Assembly (NCBI GenBank): GCA_018824205.1
Contig: JAHJGX010000053.1
Span: 15,869 to 79,868 of the forward strand
Reading direction: 5' to 3'
From: a bacterium
GTDB taxonomy: Bacteria; Fidelibacterota; UBA2242
DNA length: 64,000 bases
Shown: positions 37,834 to 47,800 of the stretch, one piece after another
How positions within the stretch are numbered: position 1 is the stretch's first letter
Layout of the letters: each line of letters begins with the position of its first letter
Position numbers and translations under genes: made by a program
Notes under the pieces: model-generated
Told to the model about the DNA's origin: nothing
Seen by the model: the letters and a program-made list of their open reading frames with translations, nothing else
Database searches by the model: none

Positions 37834-40800
37834 TTATTTAACCAGCGTGATTTTCTGGTTGTGTTTGTACAGTACAGATTTCCCGTTCCGGGCCATAAAC
37901 TGGAAAATATAACTTCCTGAGGCCACCAGTTGCCCGTCGTTGTTTTTCCCATTCCAGGGGATGGCATAAGAGCCGGGTAATTGCCGCCTGCTGGTGAGAG
38001 TCCGAACTTCCCGTCCCTGAAGATCATAAATAATAATCGATATATTGCTCATTTTTTCAATATCATAACGTATGATTGTGGAGTTATTGAACGGATTGGG
38101 ATAAGCCGTGTAGAGTTTGAAGCGAAGAGGCACTGCTGTTTCTTCCTGGTCAATGACTGGTTTTGCGAAGAGCTGGTAAGTACCGCTTTTACTTATTTTT
38201 ATGGATCGGCCGTATGGAGATACATATTCCCAGGTTTTACCATTGTAACAGTACAATGATACTTCGACATCGTCAACCGGAATTTTCAGATCGGCAGTTT
38301 TATTGAAGTAGGTATTCTTCGGGCCAATATAGACCGGCTTATTGACCGGTACCAAGCCCACGTCGTAGTCCAGATCCATCTCACAATACGTGAGCACTAC
38401 TGGTGTGTTTTTTGAAACGGCCGCTTGAGGAATTTCCAGAGAAATACCACTTGCTTCATCGGTGATAGTTATTGCCTCCGTCGGCTTGGCCAAACCGGAA
38501 TTTACACTGACAGTTCCCGTTCCACTATTACCGGAATTATCGTCGGCGGAAATGGAAAATTGAAGCGTACCGGAGCCGGTGAGCAGCGCCTTCTGGTAAT
38601 AAACATAAGGTGGTGACTGTAACTCTTTGAGCTCTGTGTTAATGTCGTTTAAAGTTGCCGAAATGCCAGTAACCGGTTCCGATGGAATCGCATAAATGGT
38701 GGCATCCTGGGGAGCATAGGAGTTTTGGGTGACAATGAATGAAAATTCCGGCGCTTTAGTATCAATTGTCTTTTTCGCTTCAATGGTGAAATAATTATCA
38801 CTCTCTGCATATGAAAATTCGTAATACGGTATCGATGCATCTCTCAGATCGGAAACCAGGACCTCACTTTTATCGGCATTATACAACGTAAATTTGACGG
38901 TTTCCGGGACCAGCCGCATTTCCGGCCAGACAAGATAAAATGGTTTGTTCACATTATCGGACATGGCGGTGACCCGCATCTGCCAGTCACTGGTTTCGGT
39001 GAATGGAGCGTGAATGTCGTAGGCGTGGTTTTTTTCATCGGAATTGATGAAGTGCATCTGCACATAATTCCCGTTGAAATTGGTCCCTTTAAAATCAAGC
39101 GCATCCCAGGAGTCGGTAGCGTCGGAGGCAGATTCGGCTGTTCCGATGCCGTTGGAGACATCCTGTACCTGTTTGTCTTCAGAAACAACACCGAGTTTTA
39201 AAAACCAATCCCAACCGGTGGCAACTGATGCAGTCCGGTACGCGTGTTTTGAAAATGCTACGGCAAGATCATTGGATACTTGTGATATTTTTCCTAATGC
39301 CCGGGTCTGTGGAATGACCAGTTCAATATCATTGACGGAATCCAATTGCACGAACCAGAATCCCTGCCAGACGGAGATTGTATCATCGATTTGTACGGCA
39401 CTGGGGGTCACAATTTCGTACTGTCCGTCCACATAATTCCAGATGTAGGCATAACGGCTGATAATGCCTTCTGCTGCGGCTTCGTCTAGAGTATATTCGG
39501 TCGATCTGCTGCGGCCCGGGGCGTATTTAATGATGGAAGAGTTGGACCAATCGATTGTAAAATTAAATGGGTTGGCAAACATGTTATACCCCGGCGGATG
39601 GGGTTCCCAGTCCACGGTTGGTGCTTTGGCCACATCGAGAACAGCATCGTCATCCAAAGGGCATCCGACTACATCGACAGCAACCGGATTCCCGGTGTTC
39701 TGCCACATATAATGGCCGATTCCCGGATAGCAGTCCGGCGGCTGCCATTCAGTTCCATCACCGTATTCATAATATTCCGACACGGAATCTTCGGTTGTCC
39801 AGCGGTAACAGGCCCAGTTCGAGCCGTTGGGCATTTCACCGCCGAAATCATCGCCGTAGACGGCGAAGGGATCGCCGTCCACCGGGATAACCGGAACGCC
39901 GACAAGCATCCAGCTGGAATCCGGAAAGGATGCAAAGGTTTCGGTAATCGGGCAACTGGAACCAATCCGCGACGCTTCACCGGTATTACCATAGCGACCG
40001 ATATTGATTCGGCCACCGTTATCGTCCGGTTCATTGCTGTAGTCGTCATTGGGGTCACCGGTATCAAGACAGGGGGAGTCTTCCGCATCCGGCTGCCATG
40101 ACCCGAAATGCCATGAATATCCCGTGCTTTGAATATGCAGGTCGTCGTCTTCCCAATTACTGCCGCCCAATGAATTATCGGCTCCGTTGGGGTCTACAAA
40201 GAGTGGATCCTGTGAAAACGATCCGATATCGGCGCCGGCTTTCCCGGACCAGTTATTCGGATTATCCCAGACGCAGTTATAGGAATCGGTGATATTAAAG
40301 CTGCCGGTTCCGTAGATTCCGCGATTGTTACTGCCGACAACAATATTGTTACGCCAGGTACCGATAACGTCTTTGCCGTAGATTCCGTAATCGCCGGGTT
40401 TATAGATTGTATTATTGACAATATTCAGTGTCCGGTTATTGTTGTCATAAACCTTGATACCGTATCCATTCCAGTATTGGTTACCATAGATGAGATTGTT
40501 TCTGATTGTAGTGTTATCGATATATCTAATCAGCATTCCGCCGGTCATATTTGTATGTAAAACATTGTTTGAGAAATCTCCAACTGAATAATAGCTTGAA
40601 GGATACCAGTAAATGCCGATATTAACATTATGAACGTGATTGTAAGAAATAGAATTCACATCCTTAGTCTTGTAGATAAAAATACCGTCAACCCAACCAT
40701 TATGAATATAATTACTGTCGATTGCGGAGACAGTATAGCTGTTATTACCGTGAACGTAAATACCGCGATCCTGAAAGTTGTAAATCGTATTATTGGAAAT

Positions 40801-41745
40801 GCGGTCGATGTTATAGTAACATGCATATATTCCGTGATCGTCCCAGATATCATGAATTTCATTATTCGATATGGAACCGATGGAATAGCTGCTGCTTGAA
40901 GCGTATGCATAGATACCAATTTTTTTCGTGTTATAGAGCAAGTTATTATCAATACTTGAGCAGTTAATACGGTAGGCATAAATCCCGTAATAATTCCAGA
41001 TATTATAAACTTCATTGTGAGAAATTGTATTGCAGGGTGTGGCATAGCGGACATAAATTCCGTAATTGTTGATGCTGGAAATTGAATTATAAGCAATGGA
41101 GTCGATATCCGATGTATGGCAATAGATGCCTATTGTGGAATTTGTAATCGTATTTGACAGAATATCAGCCAGAGCATTATCATCGTTATAATAGAGGTAT
41201 ATTGAGTAGGTTCCGTCTGTGATTGTATTATCAGTAAATCTCAGGTAGCCGCCGGCTTTATAGGTATAGATTCCGTATTGAGACTGCCACTGCATGATAC
41301 AATGGGAAACCTGGATATTATCGGAATTGTAAATATAGACACAGGATTTCTTAGGTCCCTGGAAAGTGATACCGTATATGTGAACGTCATGGCGCCCGTT
41401 GATTTCAACTGCATAGTTTTTATTGCTGGCGCCGATGCCGACAGCGCCCGCCGGCTGACCGGTTTTTTCGCCGGTGATATCTCCATAAATTACAAAGGGC
41501 GATCCGCTTGATCCGGAACTACCGACAGGCATATATTCCCAGTAATCACCGGAGCCGATAAACAGGGTATCGCCACCGGAATAGGAGTGATCCATGGCTT
41601 CATCAATAGTCTTCCATGCCTGAGCCGGCGATTGACCACTATTCCGGTCATTTCCACTTTTTGTGACGTAGTAGTTAGTCGCGCTGAGGGAAGTAAAAAA
41701 AAGTAAAAAAAGTAAGGAAACTAATCTGGTTGGTATTTGTTTCAT
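37834..41745 (-). CDS. Giant (1303 aa) T9SS-secreted right-handed parallel beta-helix repeat protein
   Basis: Signal peptide. N-terminal DUF1565-like 'YYVTKSGNDRNSGQSPAQAWKTIDEA...GDTLFIGSGDY'. Dozens of beta-helix rungs with 'N-x-I-x-N' periodicity. The C-terminus 'YPNPFNNSTIIRYDIEKMSNISIIIYDLQGREVRTL...GSYIFQF' is a canonical T9SS type-A sorting domain. Confidence 0.75.
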   Translation of the reverse strand: MKQIPTRLVSLLFLLFFTSLSATNYYVTKSGNDRNSGQSPAQAWKTIDEAMDHSYSGGDTLFIGSGDYWEYMPVGSSGSSGSPFVIYGDITGEKTGQPAGAVGIGASNKNYAVEINGRHDVHIYGITFQGPKKSCVYIYNSDNIQVSHCIMQWQSQYGIYTYKAGGYLRFTDNTITDGTYSIYLYYNDDNALADILSNTITNSTIGIYCHTSDIDSIAYNSISSINNYGIYVRYATPCNTISHNEVYNIWNYYGIYAYRINCSSIDNNLLYNTKKIGIYAYASSSSYSIGSISNNEIHDIWDDHGIYACYYNIDRISNNTIYNFQDRGIYVHGNNSYTVSAIDSNYIHNGWVDGIFIYKTKDVNSISYNHVHNVNIGIYWYPSSYYSVGDFSNNVLHTNMTGGMLIRYIDNTTIRNNLIYGNQYWNGYGIKVYDNNNRTLNIVNNTIYKPGDYGIYGKDVIGTWRNNIVVGSNNRGIYGTGSFNITDSYNCVWDNPNNWSGKAGADIGSFSQDPLFVDPNGADNSLGGSNWEDDDLHIQSTGYSWHFGSWQPDAEDSPCLDTGDPNDDYSNEPDDNGGRINIGRYGNTGEASRIGSSCPITETFASFPDSSWMLVGVPVIPVDGDPFAVYGDDFGGEMPNGSNWACYRWTTEDSVSEYYEYGDGTEWQPPDCYPGIGHYMWQNTGNPVAVDVVGCPLDDDAVLDVAKAPTVDWEPHPPGYNMFANPFNFTIDWSNSSIIKYAPGRSRSTEYTLDEAAAEGIISRYAYIWNYVDGQYEIVTPSAVQIDDTISVWQGFWFVQLDSVNDIELVIPQTRALGKISQVSNDLAVAFSKHAYRTASVATGWDWFLKLGVVSEDKQVQDVSNGIGTAESASDATDSWDALDFKGTNFNGNYVQMHFINSDEKNHAYDIHAPFTETSDWQMRVTAMSDNVNKPFYLVWPEMRLVPETVKFTLYNADKSEVLVSDLRDASIPYYEFSYAESDNYFTIEAKKTIDTKAPEFSFIVTQNSYAPQDATIYAIPSEPVTGISATLNDINTELKELQSPPYVYYQKALLTGSGTLQFSISADDNSGNSGTGTVSVNSGLAKPTEAITITDEASGISLEIPQAAVSKNTPVVLTYCEMDLDYDVGLVPVNKPVYIGPKNTYFNKTADLKIPVDDVEVSLYCYNGKTWEYVSPYGRSIKISKSGTYQLFAKPVIDQEETAVPLRFKLYTAYPNPFNNSTIIRYDIEKMSNISIIIYDLQGREVRTLTSRRQLPGSYAIPWNGKNNDGQLVASGSYIFQFMARNGKSVLYKHNQKITLVK

Positions 41746-41887
41746 GACTCTCCTCTTGGCTTAATGATATAAAGTAAGTTTACCGAGTTTAAATGTCTGT
41801 TACAGATGTCACAATAAAATCTACAATTTCTGGCATTAATGTCAAAAATATTTAGGTTGAAGACGGTTTTCAATAAACAGATGAAAC

Positions 41888-42721
41888 TTATAACTGAATA
41901 TTTTTAATTTTCGCTTCGTATTCCGCCTTGTGAATTCCGCTCAAATTGTGGTCCTTGCCTTCTATTTGAAGTTTCAGGGCTTCCAGTTCCTGCCCGGAAA
42001 AACTTACTGAATTGAGTACATGGGTCTCAAATGCTTCATAAGCCATTGGAGCAACGGCCTTGGTGATGTCGGCCATTATACCGGCGTACTGACGGATTTC
42101 CCATTGGGCATGGCAGTCCATCCGCAGTTTCAGAAAATGGAACAGGTTACTCAGATCGATCTGCCAGTACCATTGGGTGTACAGGGAAAGCGGTAAGTTG
42201 ATCCGGGACAGCTCCCGGGCGATCCCTTCATCGATCAGTTTTTGATAATCGTCATAGGCAGTATTCTGGCCACTGATAAGAATATCCAGCACTTTTTCTT
42301 TCAGATGCTCCGGGACTTCTTCGGTATCCCGACCCTGCCGGTTGGATTTACTTTGATATAAAACCTGCTCTTTTTCAGGGTTGTAAAATTCGTCCACCAT
42401 GACGCTGTAGCGACCGGAGATTTCATTCAGGCGGGCAGTGCGGTGCCGAATCCACTGGCGGGCGACAAAAACAGGCATTTTGCAGTGAAAGGTCAATACC
42501 ACCTGCTCAAAAGGAGATGTATGTTCGTGGCTGATCAGGTAATCGATCAGCGCCTTATCTTCCCGGACGGTTTTAGTACCTCCGGCATAGGATACCCGGG
42601 CGGCCTGAACAATGCGGTCATCGCCGCCAAGGTAGTCAACCAGGCGGACAAATCCCTTGTCCAGTACTTGGAATTCCTTGTCCAGTATCGCTTCTGCCTG
42701 GGGAACAATTATATGGGCCAT
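41888..42721 (-). CDS. thyX: FAD-dependent thymidylate synthase
   Basis: ThyX motif 'RHRTARLNEISGRYS' (RHRx7-8S). 277 aa. Confidence 0.85.
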   Translation of the reverse strand: MAHIIVPQAEAILDKEFQVLDKGFVRLVDYLGGDDRIVQAARVSYAGGTKTVREDKALIDYLISHEHTSPFEQVVLTFHCKMPVFVARQWIRHRTARLNEISGRYSVMVDEFYNPEKEQVLYQSKSNRQGRDTEEVPEHLKEKVLDILISGQNTAYDDYQKLIDEGIARELSRINLPLSLYTQWYWQIDLSNLFHFLKLRMDCHAQWEIRQYAGIMADITKAVAPMAYEAFETHVLNSVSFSGQELEALKLQIEGKDHNLSGIHKAEYEAKIKNIQL

Positions 42722-42843
42722 GTGTTAATACTCCGGATGTTTGAATTGCCGGAATCTACGAAAATTTCACTTAGAATAGTAGAACGAATTTTTGCATTAT
42801 TTGGGAAAGTGTCTTAGATTTTATTGAGACAGTTATAAGGACA

Positions 42844-44796
42844 ATGAAGCAGTATCTTATTCTTTTAATCAGCGTTTTATTGGGTGTTGGCGCCACCGGG
42901 CAGCCCGATCCTGATTGGGTTTTTCAGGAAATTGAAATGAAACGGACGGCTCTTCAAAATCGTAGGGAACTGGTAAAGCCCGTCGCTAAGTCCGGCCAAA
43001 ACCAGTATGATGTCGGTTTTTATGGAATCGAGCTCCGGATTGACATTGAAAATAAAGAAATAAGCGGACGGGTGACAATTCGCGGCAAATCCAAAACCGC
43101 GGCCCTTTCTGTCATTGAACTCGATTTACTGGCGCCGCTGACAGTTGACAGTGTTCTGGGCGATGCATCGGTTTTTCAACAGAACGGTGACAATCTACGC
43201 ATTCAATTACAGACGCCGATTGACAGCGGGGCTGTATTTGATATCGGGATTGCCTATGGCGGCAGTCCGGTAGCGGGCGGATTAAAGGGATTTTCTTTTG
43301 CTTACCACGCTAATGTTCCGATTGTCTCTACGCTCAGCGAACCCTATTTTGCCCGGGGCTGGTTTCCCTGTAAGGACATTCCCAGCGACAAGGCCGATTC
43401 TGTCGATATCAGCCTGACAGTTCCCGATAGCCTGACGGCAATATCGAACGGAACTTTAGTGGAAATTAGTGATAATCAGGATGGTACAGTTACATATCAC
43501 TGGCAGGAGCGTTACCCGATTACGACCTATTTGATCTCGTTGGCAGTGACAAACTACAAACTTATCGAACAGACCTATATTGCACTGGATGGAACTTCCA
43601 TGCCGGTCTATCACTGGTATTATCCGGAGTATGAACACCTGACGGATGTGCTTTTATTGACCACGGAGATGATTTCCTTTTTTGCTGATATCTGGGGCGA
43701 GTATCCGTTCATCAAGGAAAAATATGGTCACGCCCAATTTTCCTGGGGTGGTGCAATGGAACACCAGACCTGTACAAGTCTGGGGGCCTACAGCGAAATG
43801 ATGATTTGCCATGAACTGGCCCATCAGTGGTGGGGCGATATGGTTACCTGCGCCAACTGGAAAGAAATTTGGCTGAATGAGGGATTCGCCCGTTATTCGG
43901 AAGCGCTCTGGAAAGAATTTAAAAAAGGAAAAAGCGATTACCATGATTATATGGATTACATCAACCGGCCGGAGTACTGGCAATCCGGTCCGGTGTATAT
44001 CCTGGATACAACCAATGTTAATTCCATATTTAATCTGCTGGTATACGATAAAGGCGCCTGGATTCTGCACATGCTCAGGGGGGTGGTTGGTGATCCGGTA
44101 TTTAAGGATATTTTTCCGGCCTATCGGGATGCACATTACATGGATGTTGCTACGACGGAAGATTTCATGCAGATTTGTGAATCAATTTACGGGAAAGATC
44201 TGAATTGGTTTTTTGATCAGTGGGTGTACGGATCGGGACAGCCGGACTATAAGATCAGCTGGGGTCGGCAAAAAACGGCTGCGAACAATTGGCAGATGAC
44301 GCTGCAGATTGACCAGACCCAATCGAAAACGAATCTGTTCCGCATGCCGATTGACGTAAAAGTGGAATTCAATGACCGTGATTCTCTGCTGACAATTGCT
44401 GATTCACTGGCGTCACAGTCATTTGCGTTTCAGTTTTCGGAAATGCCGGAAAATGTAATCATTGATCCGGATAACTGGATTCTGAAAACAATCCGATATT
44501 CCACGATCGATCCCGATATTGGGTATTTGCCGGATAAATTTCTCCTGACCAATCCCTATCCCAATCCTTTTAATGCCACTACAAATTTTGATATTTACCT
44601 GCCCTATGACACGGATTCCAGAATTGTGATCTATGATATGAACGGACGGCTGGTGGAAACAATCGATGAAGGTCATCGGCGTTCCGGGTACCGGGAACTG
44701 GTTTGGCAGCCAACAAATTTACCGTCCGGCGTCTATTTTATCCGCCTGGAGAACAGTTGGGTGGAATTATCCAAAAAAGTTGTATATTTAAAATAG
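42844..44796 (+). CDS. M1-family zinc aminopeptidase with a T9SS C-terminal sorting domain
   Basis: 'HELAHQWWGDMVTCANWKEIWLNEGFARY' is the HExxH-x18-E gluzincin M1 motif. The upstream 'GAMEHQ' plays the role of the GxMEN motif. C-terminal 'NPYPNPFNATTNFDIYLPYDTDSRIVIYDMNGRLVETI...GVYFIRL' is a T9SS sorting domain. Signal peptide present. Confidence 0.8.
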   Translation: MKQYLILLISVLLGVGATGQPDPDWVFQEIEMKRTALQNRRELVKPVAKSGQNQYDVGFYGIELRIDIENKEISGRVTIRGKSKTAALSVIELDLLAPLTVDSVLGDASVFQQNGDNLRIQLQTPIDSGAVFDIGIAYGGSPVAGGLKGFSFAYHANVPIVSTLSEPYFARGWFPCKDIPSDKADSVDISLTVPDSLTAISNGTLVEISDNQDGTVTYHWQERYPITTYLISLAVTNYKLIEQTYIALDGTSMPVYHWYYPEYEHLTDVLLLTTEMISFFADIWGEYPFIKEKYGHAQFSWGGAMEHQTCTSLGAYSEMMICHELAHQWWGDMVTCANWKEIWLNEGFARYSEALWKEFKKGKSDYHDYMDYINRPEYWQSGPVYILDTTNVNSIFNLLVYDKGAWILHMLRGVVGDPVFKDIFPAYRDAHYMDVATTEDFMQICESIYGKDLNWFFDQWVYGSGQPDYKISWGRQKTAANNWQMTLQIDQTQSKTNLFRMPIDVKVEFNDRDSLLTIADSLASQSFAFQFSEMPENVIIDPDNWILKTIRYSTIDPDIGYLPDKFLLTNPYPNPFNATTNFDIYLPYDTDSRIVIYDMNGRLVETIDEGHRRSGYRELVWQPTNLPSGVYFIRLENSWVELSKKVVYLK

Positions 44797-44821
44797 GAAC
44801 GATGCAGTTGAGCCGTTACCT

Positions 44822-44851
44822 TTGACATCTAAGAATAACGAATGCTAATAT
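44822..44851 (+). promoter_or_regulatory. Putative sigma70-type promoter upstream of the Omp85-fusion gene
   Basis: TTGACA, 18 nt, then TAATAT. It ends 15 nt before the annotated ATG, so the leader would be very short. The real start codon may be the internal Met at 44921. Confidence 0.3.
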
Positions 44852-44866
44852 TTTCAGAGCAATAAA

Positions 44867-47800
44867 ATGATTTTATCTGTAATAAAGAAAGTTTGCCTAA
44901 ATTCCATAACTGTAGCGCTGATGACGGTTTTGCTGCTGAGTTCGGCTGCATCCGCGCAGTTTGGTAAAAACAAAGTCCGGTACAATGATTATACCTGGTC
45001 CTTTATACAGACTGAACACTTTGATATCTTTTTTCACGATGATGGTGCAGAACTCTCGCATTTTGCGGCGCCGGTTGTCGAACAGGCGGTCGATGAAATA
45101 TCCCGGGTTCTGAACTGGCGGATGCGCAAGCGCGTTTCGGTCATTGTCTATAATTCGCACAGCGATTTTCAGCAAACCAATGTTACTCTGGGTTATCTGT
45201 ATGAAGGTATTTTAGGATTCACCGAATTACTGAAGAACCGGACAGTGGTGGCATTTGACGGAAGTAACAATAATTTCTGGCATCTGATTCGGCATGAGTT
45301 GGTTCATGTGGTGGTGAATGACATGATCTACGGTGGCAATATACAGAGTGTCGTTTCCGGTCGGGTACGTTTGCGGATTCCGTTGTGGATGAATGAAGGG
45401 CTGGCGGAATATATCTCCATGGGCTGGGACACGAATGCGGATATGATTCTGCGGGATATTGCGACCAATAACGATATCCCGAATATCAAGGAACTGGATT
45501 ATTACCTGGCGTATAAAGGCGGACAATCGGTTTACCGTTTTATTGCGGAACGGTACGGTGATCAGAAAATCGGTGAGATTTGGACCAATATGAAGGGCCG
45601 TTCCAGTGCGGAAAAAGGTATTGAAAAATCTATCGGCCTGGATATGAAAGAGTTGACCGAAGCCTGGCACAAATGGGTCCGGAAAGAATACTGGCCGGAT
45701 ATTGCCGACCGTGACGAGCTCGACGATATTGCTATTCGTCTGACGGATCACAAGAAACTGAAAAATTATTTTAATACCGGTCCGGCCATTAATCCGAACG
45801 GGACCAAGATAGCACTGATGTCTGACCGAAAGGGATATGCGGATATATTCCTGATTGACGCCATAGAGGGCGAAGTCGAAGATAAACTGGTTAGCGGTCA
45901 ACGGACCCCCGATCTCGAGGAGTTGAAATGGCTAAATCCGCGGTTGAGCTGGTCTCCCGACGGTAAAAAAATCGTTCTGGCCGTGAAAAGCGGCGCAAGA
46001 GACGCCTTGATTGTGGTGGATGTTGAGACAAAAAAGCGCAAAAAATATACCTTTGATGAAATTAACGAGCTCTTTACCGCGGCCTGGTCTCCCGAGGGTG
46101 ACAGGTTAGCGTTTATCGGATTAAACAGTGACCGGACCGACTTGTATCTCTATAATATGAAAGATGACAAACTGTTCCGCCTGACCAATGACTGGGCGTC
46201 GGATTTCGAGCCGAACTGGTCACCCGATGGAAGGAAAATTATTTTCGCCTCCCAGAGAAATATCAAAAACGGCGGTTTTCCCAAAGACGATTTGACAAAT
46301 TGGGCGACGTCCCCTTACAATCAGACCGATCTTTTTGTGTATGATCTGGATAGTGATCAGATCAATCAGATTACCGATACACCCTGGAATGAGAATTATC
46401 CCGCCTGGGCCAATACCGAAAATAAGATTATTTATACATCGGATATCAACGGCGTCTCAAACTTGTATATTATGGACATCGATTCCGGTAAACAGGTCGC
46501 GATTACCAACGTTTTGACCGGAATTTTCCAGCCCTGCCTGTCCAAAGATGATTCCCGGCTGGTTTTTGCAGGATATGCCGATTACGGCTGGGATGTTTTT
46601 ATACTAAGTAATCCATTGAATCTTTTCGATAAACCCAGAGAAATCAAAGCCACCGTGTTTGCCGAAAGCCTGAAAGAAATCTGGGAAAATCCCGATGAAA
46701 ACATACGCTTTGATTATCCGACACCGGAAGATGTCAAGCAGTCCTATACTCACCGGGTAGATACTCAGCAATCCTATACCAATTACATATTTGCGCCCAA
46801 CTACCAGCGGGAAATTCCGGAAGAGCCTGATACTACAATGGCGCTCACTGATTCCATCAGTTATAAAGATGAAAACGGTGAGTTTGTCGTCAGTCCGTAT
46901 AAAACCAAATTCAGCCTGGATTACATTGATAGCCAGGCTGGATATAGTAATTTTTGGGGATTTCAGGGGACCACGGTATTTGTATTTAGCGATGTTTTGG
47001 GAGATCACCAGTTGAGCTTTGGATCAGAATTGTATATCGATCTGGAAAACAGTGACTATTACCTGTCATATCAATATCTGAAGAATCGTACCAATTACGC
47101 TGTAACCGGCTTCCATAATGCCAATTTTTGGTACTACAGCCTCTTTTATCTATATCGCCTACGGAACTATGGAATCGATGTTTCCATGTCCCGGCCGTTT
47201 TCAAGACTTTCGCGTTTTGAATTAGCTGCGACTTCCTACAATGTTGAACAGAAGTTTATTGATATTTACACCGGTCAGACACTGAGTAATCGCATGATAC
47301 ATACGATCCTGCCGAGAGCTGCGTTCGTGTACGACAATACTCTGTGGAGTTATTTTTATCCCATCGATGGCTGGCGCTGGCGGATCGATGCGACGGTCAG
47401 TCCCAAATACACGGATACGAGTCTTGAATTCCAGACAGTTCAGGCTGATATCCGAAGGTATTTCAAACTGAATCGCGAGTACTCCTTTGCTCTGCGCCTG
47501 TCGGGTGGTCTCAGTGAAGGACCCAATGCCCAGCGCTTTTTCCTGGGTGGTGAAACCAACTGGATAAATCAGAAATGGCGGGATTATGTTCTGGATGACG
47601 ATAATGAATCGATGCTGGAAGATATCTATTTCTCCGATTTTGTGACACCCTTGAGAGGGGCGCGTTATTATGAGCGGGCCGGGACCCGCTACTTTCTGGC
47701 CAATTTCGAATTTCGCTATCCCTTTATAAAATACCTGGCGTTGGGTTGGCCATTACCGATGACAATTGGCGGGCTTCAGGGAATTACCTTCTTTGATGTT

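Noticed and set aside
36909-38027. 372-aa track ORF for the FN3-TPR gene starting at 38027
   Set aside because: The first 69 codons overlap the 3' end of the giant beta-helix gene. A signal-peptide-bearing Met at 37820 sits 13 nt after that gene's stop.
37398-40101. Several 60-170-aa + strand ORFs (including Arg-rich 39567..39890 and 39598..40101)
   Set aside because: All lie inside the 1303-aa minus-strand beta-helix gene. Their composition is biased and low-complexity, typical of antisense frames.
43654-44136. 160-aa minus-strand ORF
   Set aside because: Lies inside and antisense to the M1 peptidase catalytic region.
45227-45901. 224-aa minus-strand ORF
   Set aside because: Antisense to the Peptidase_MA_2 / PD40 region of the Omp85 fusion gene.
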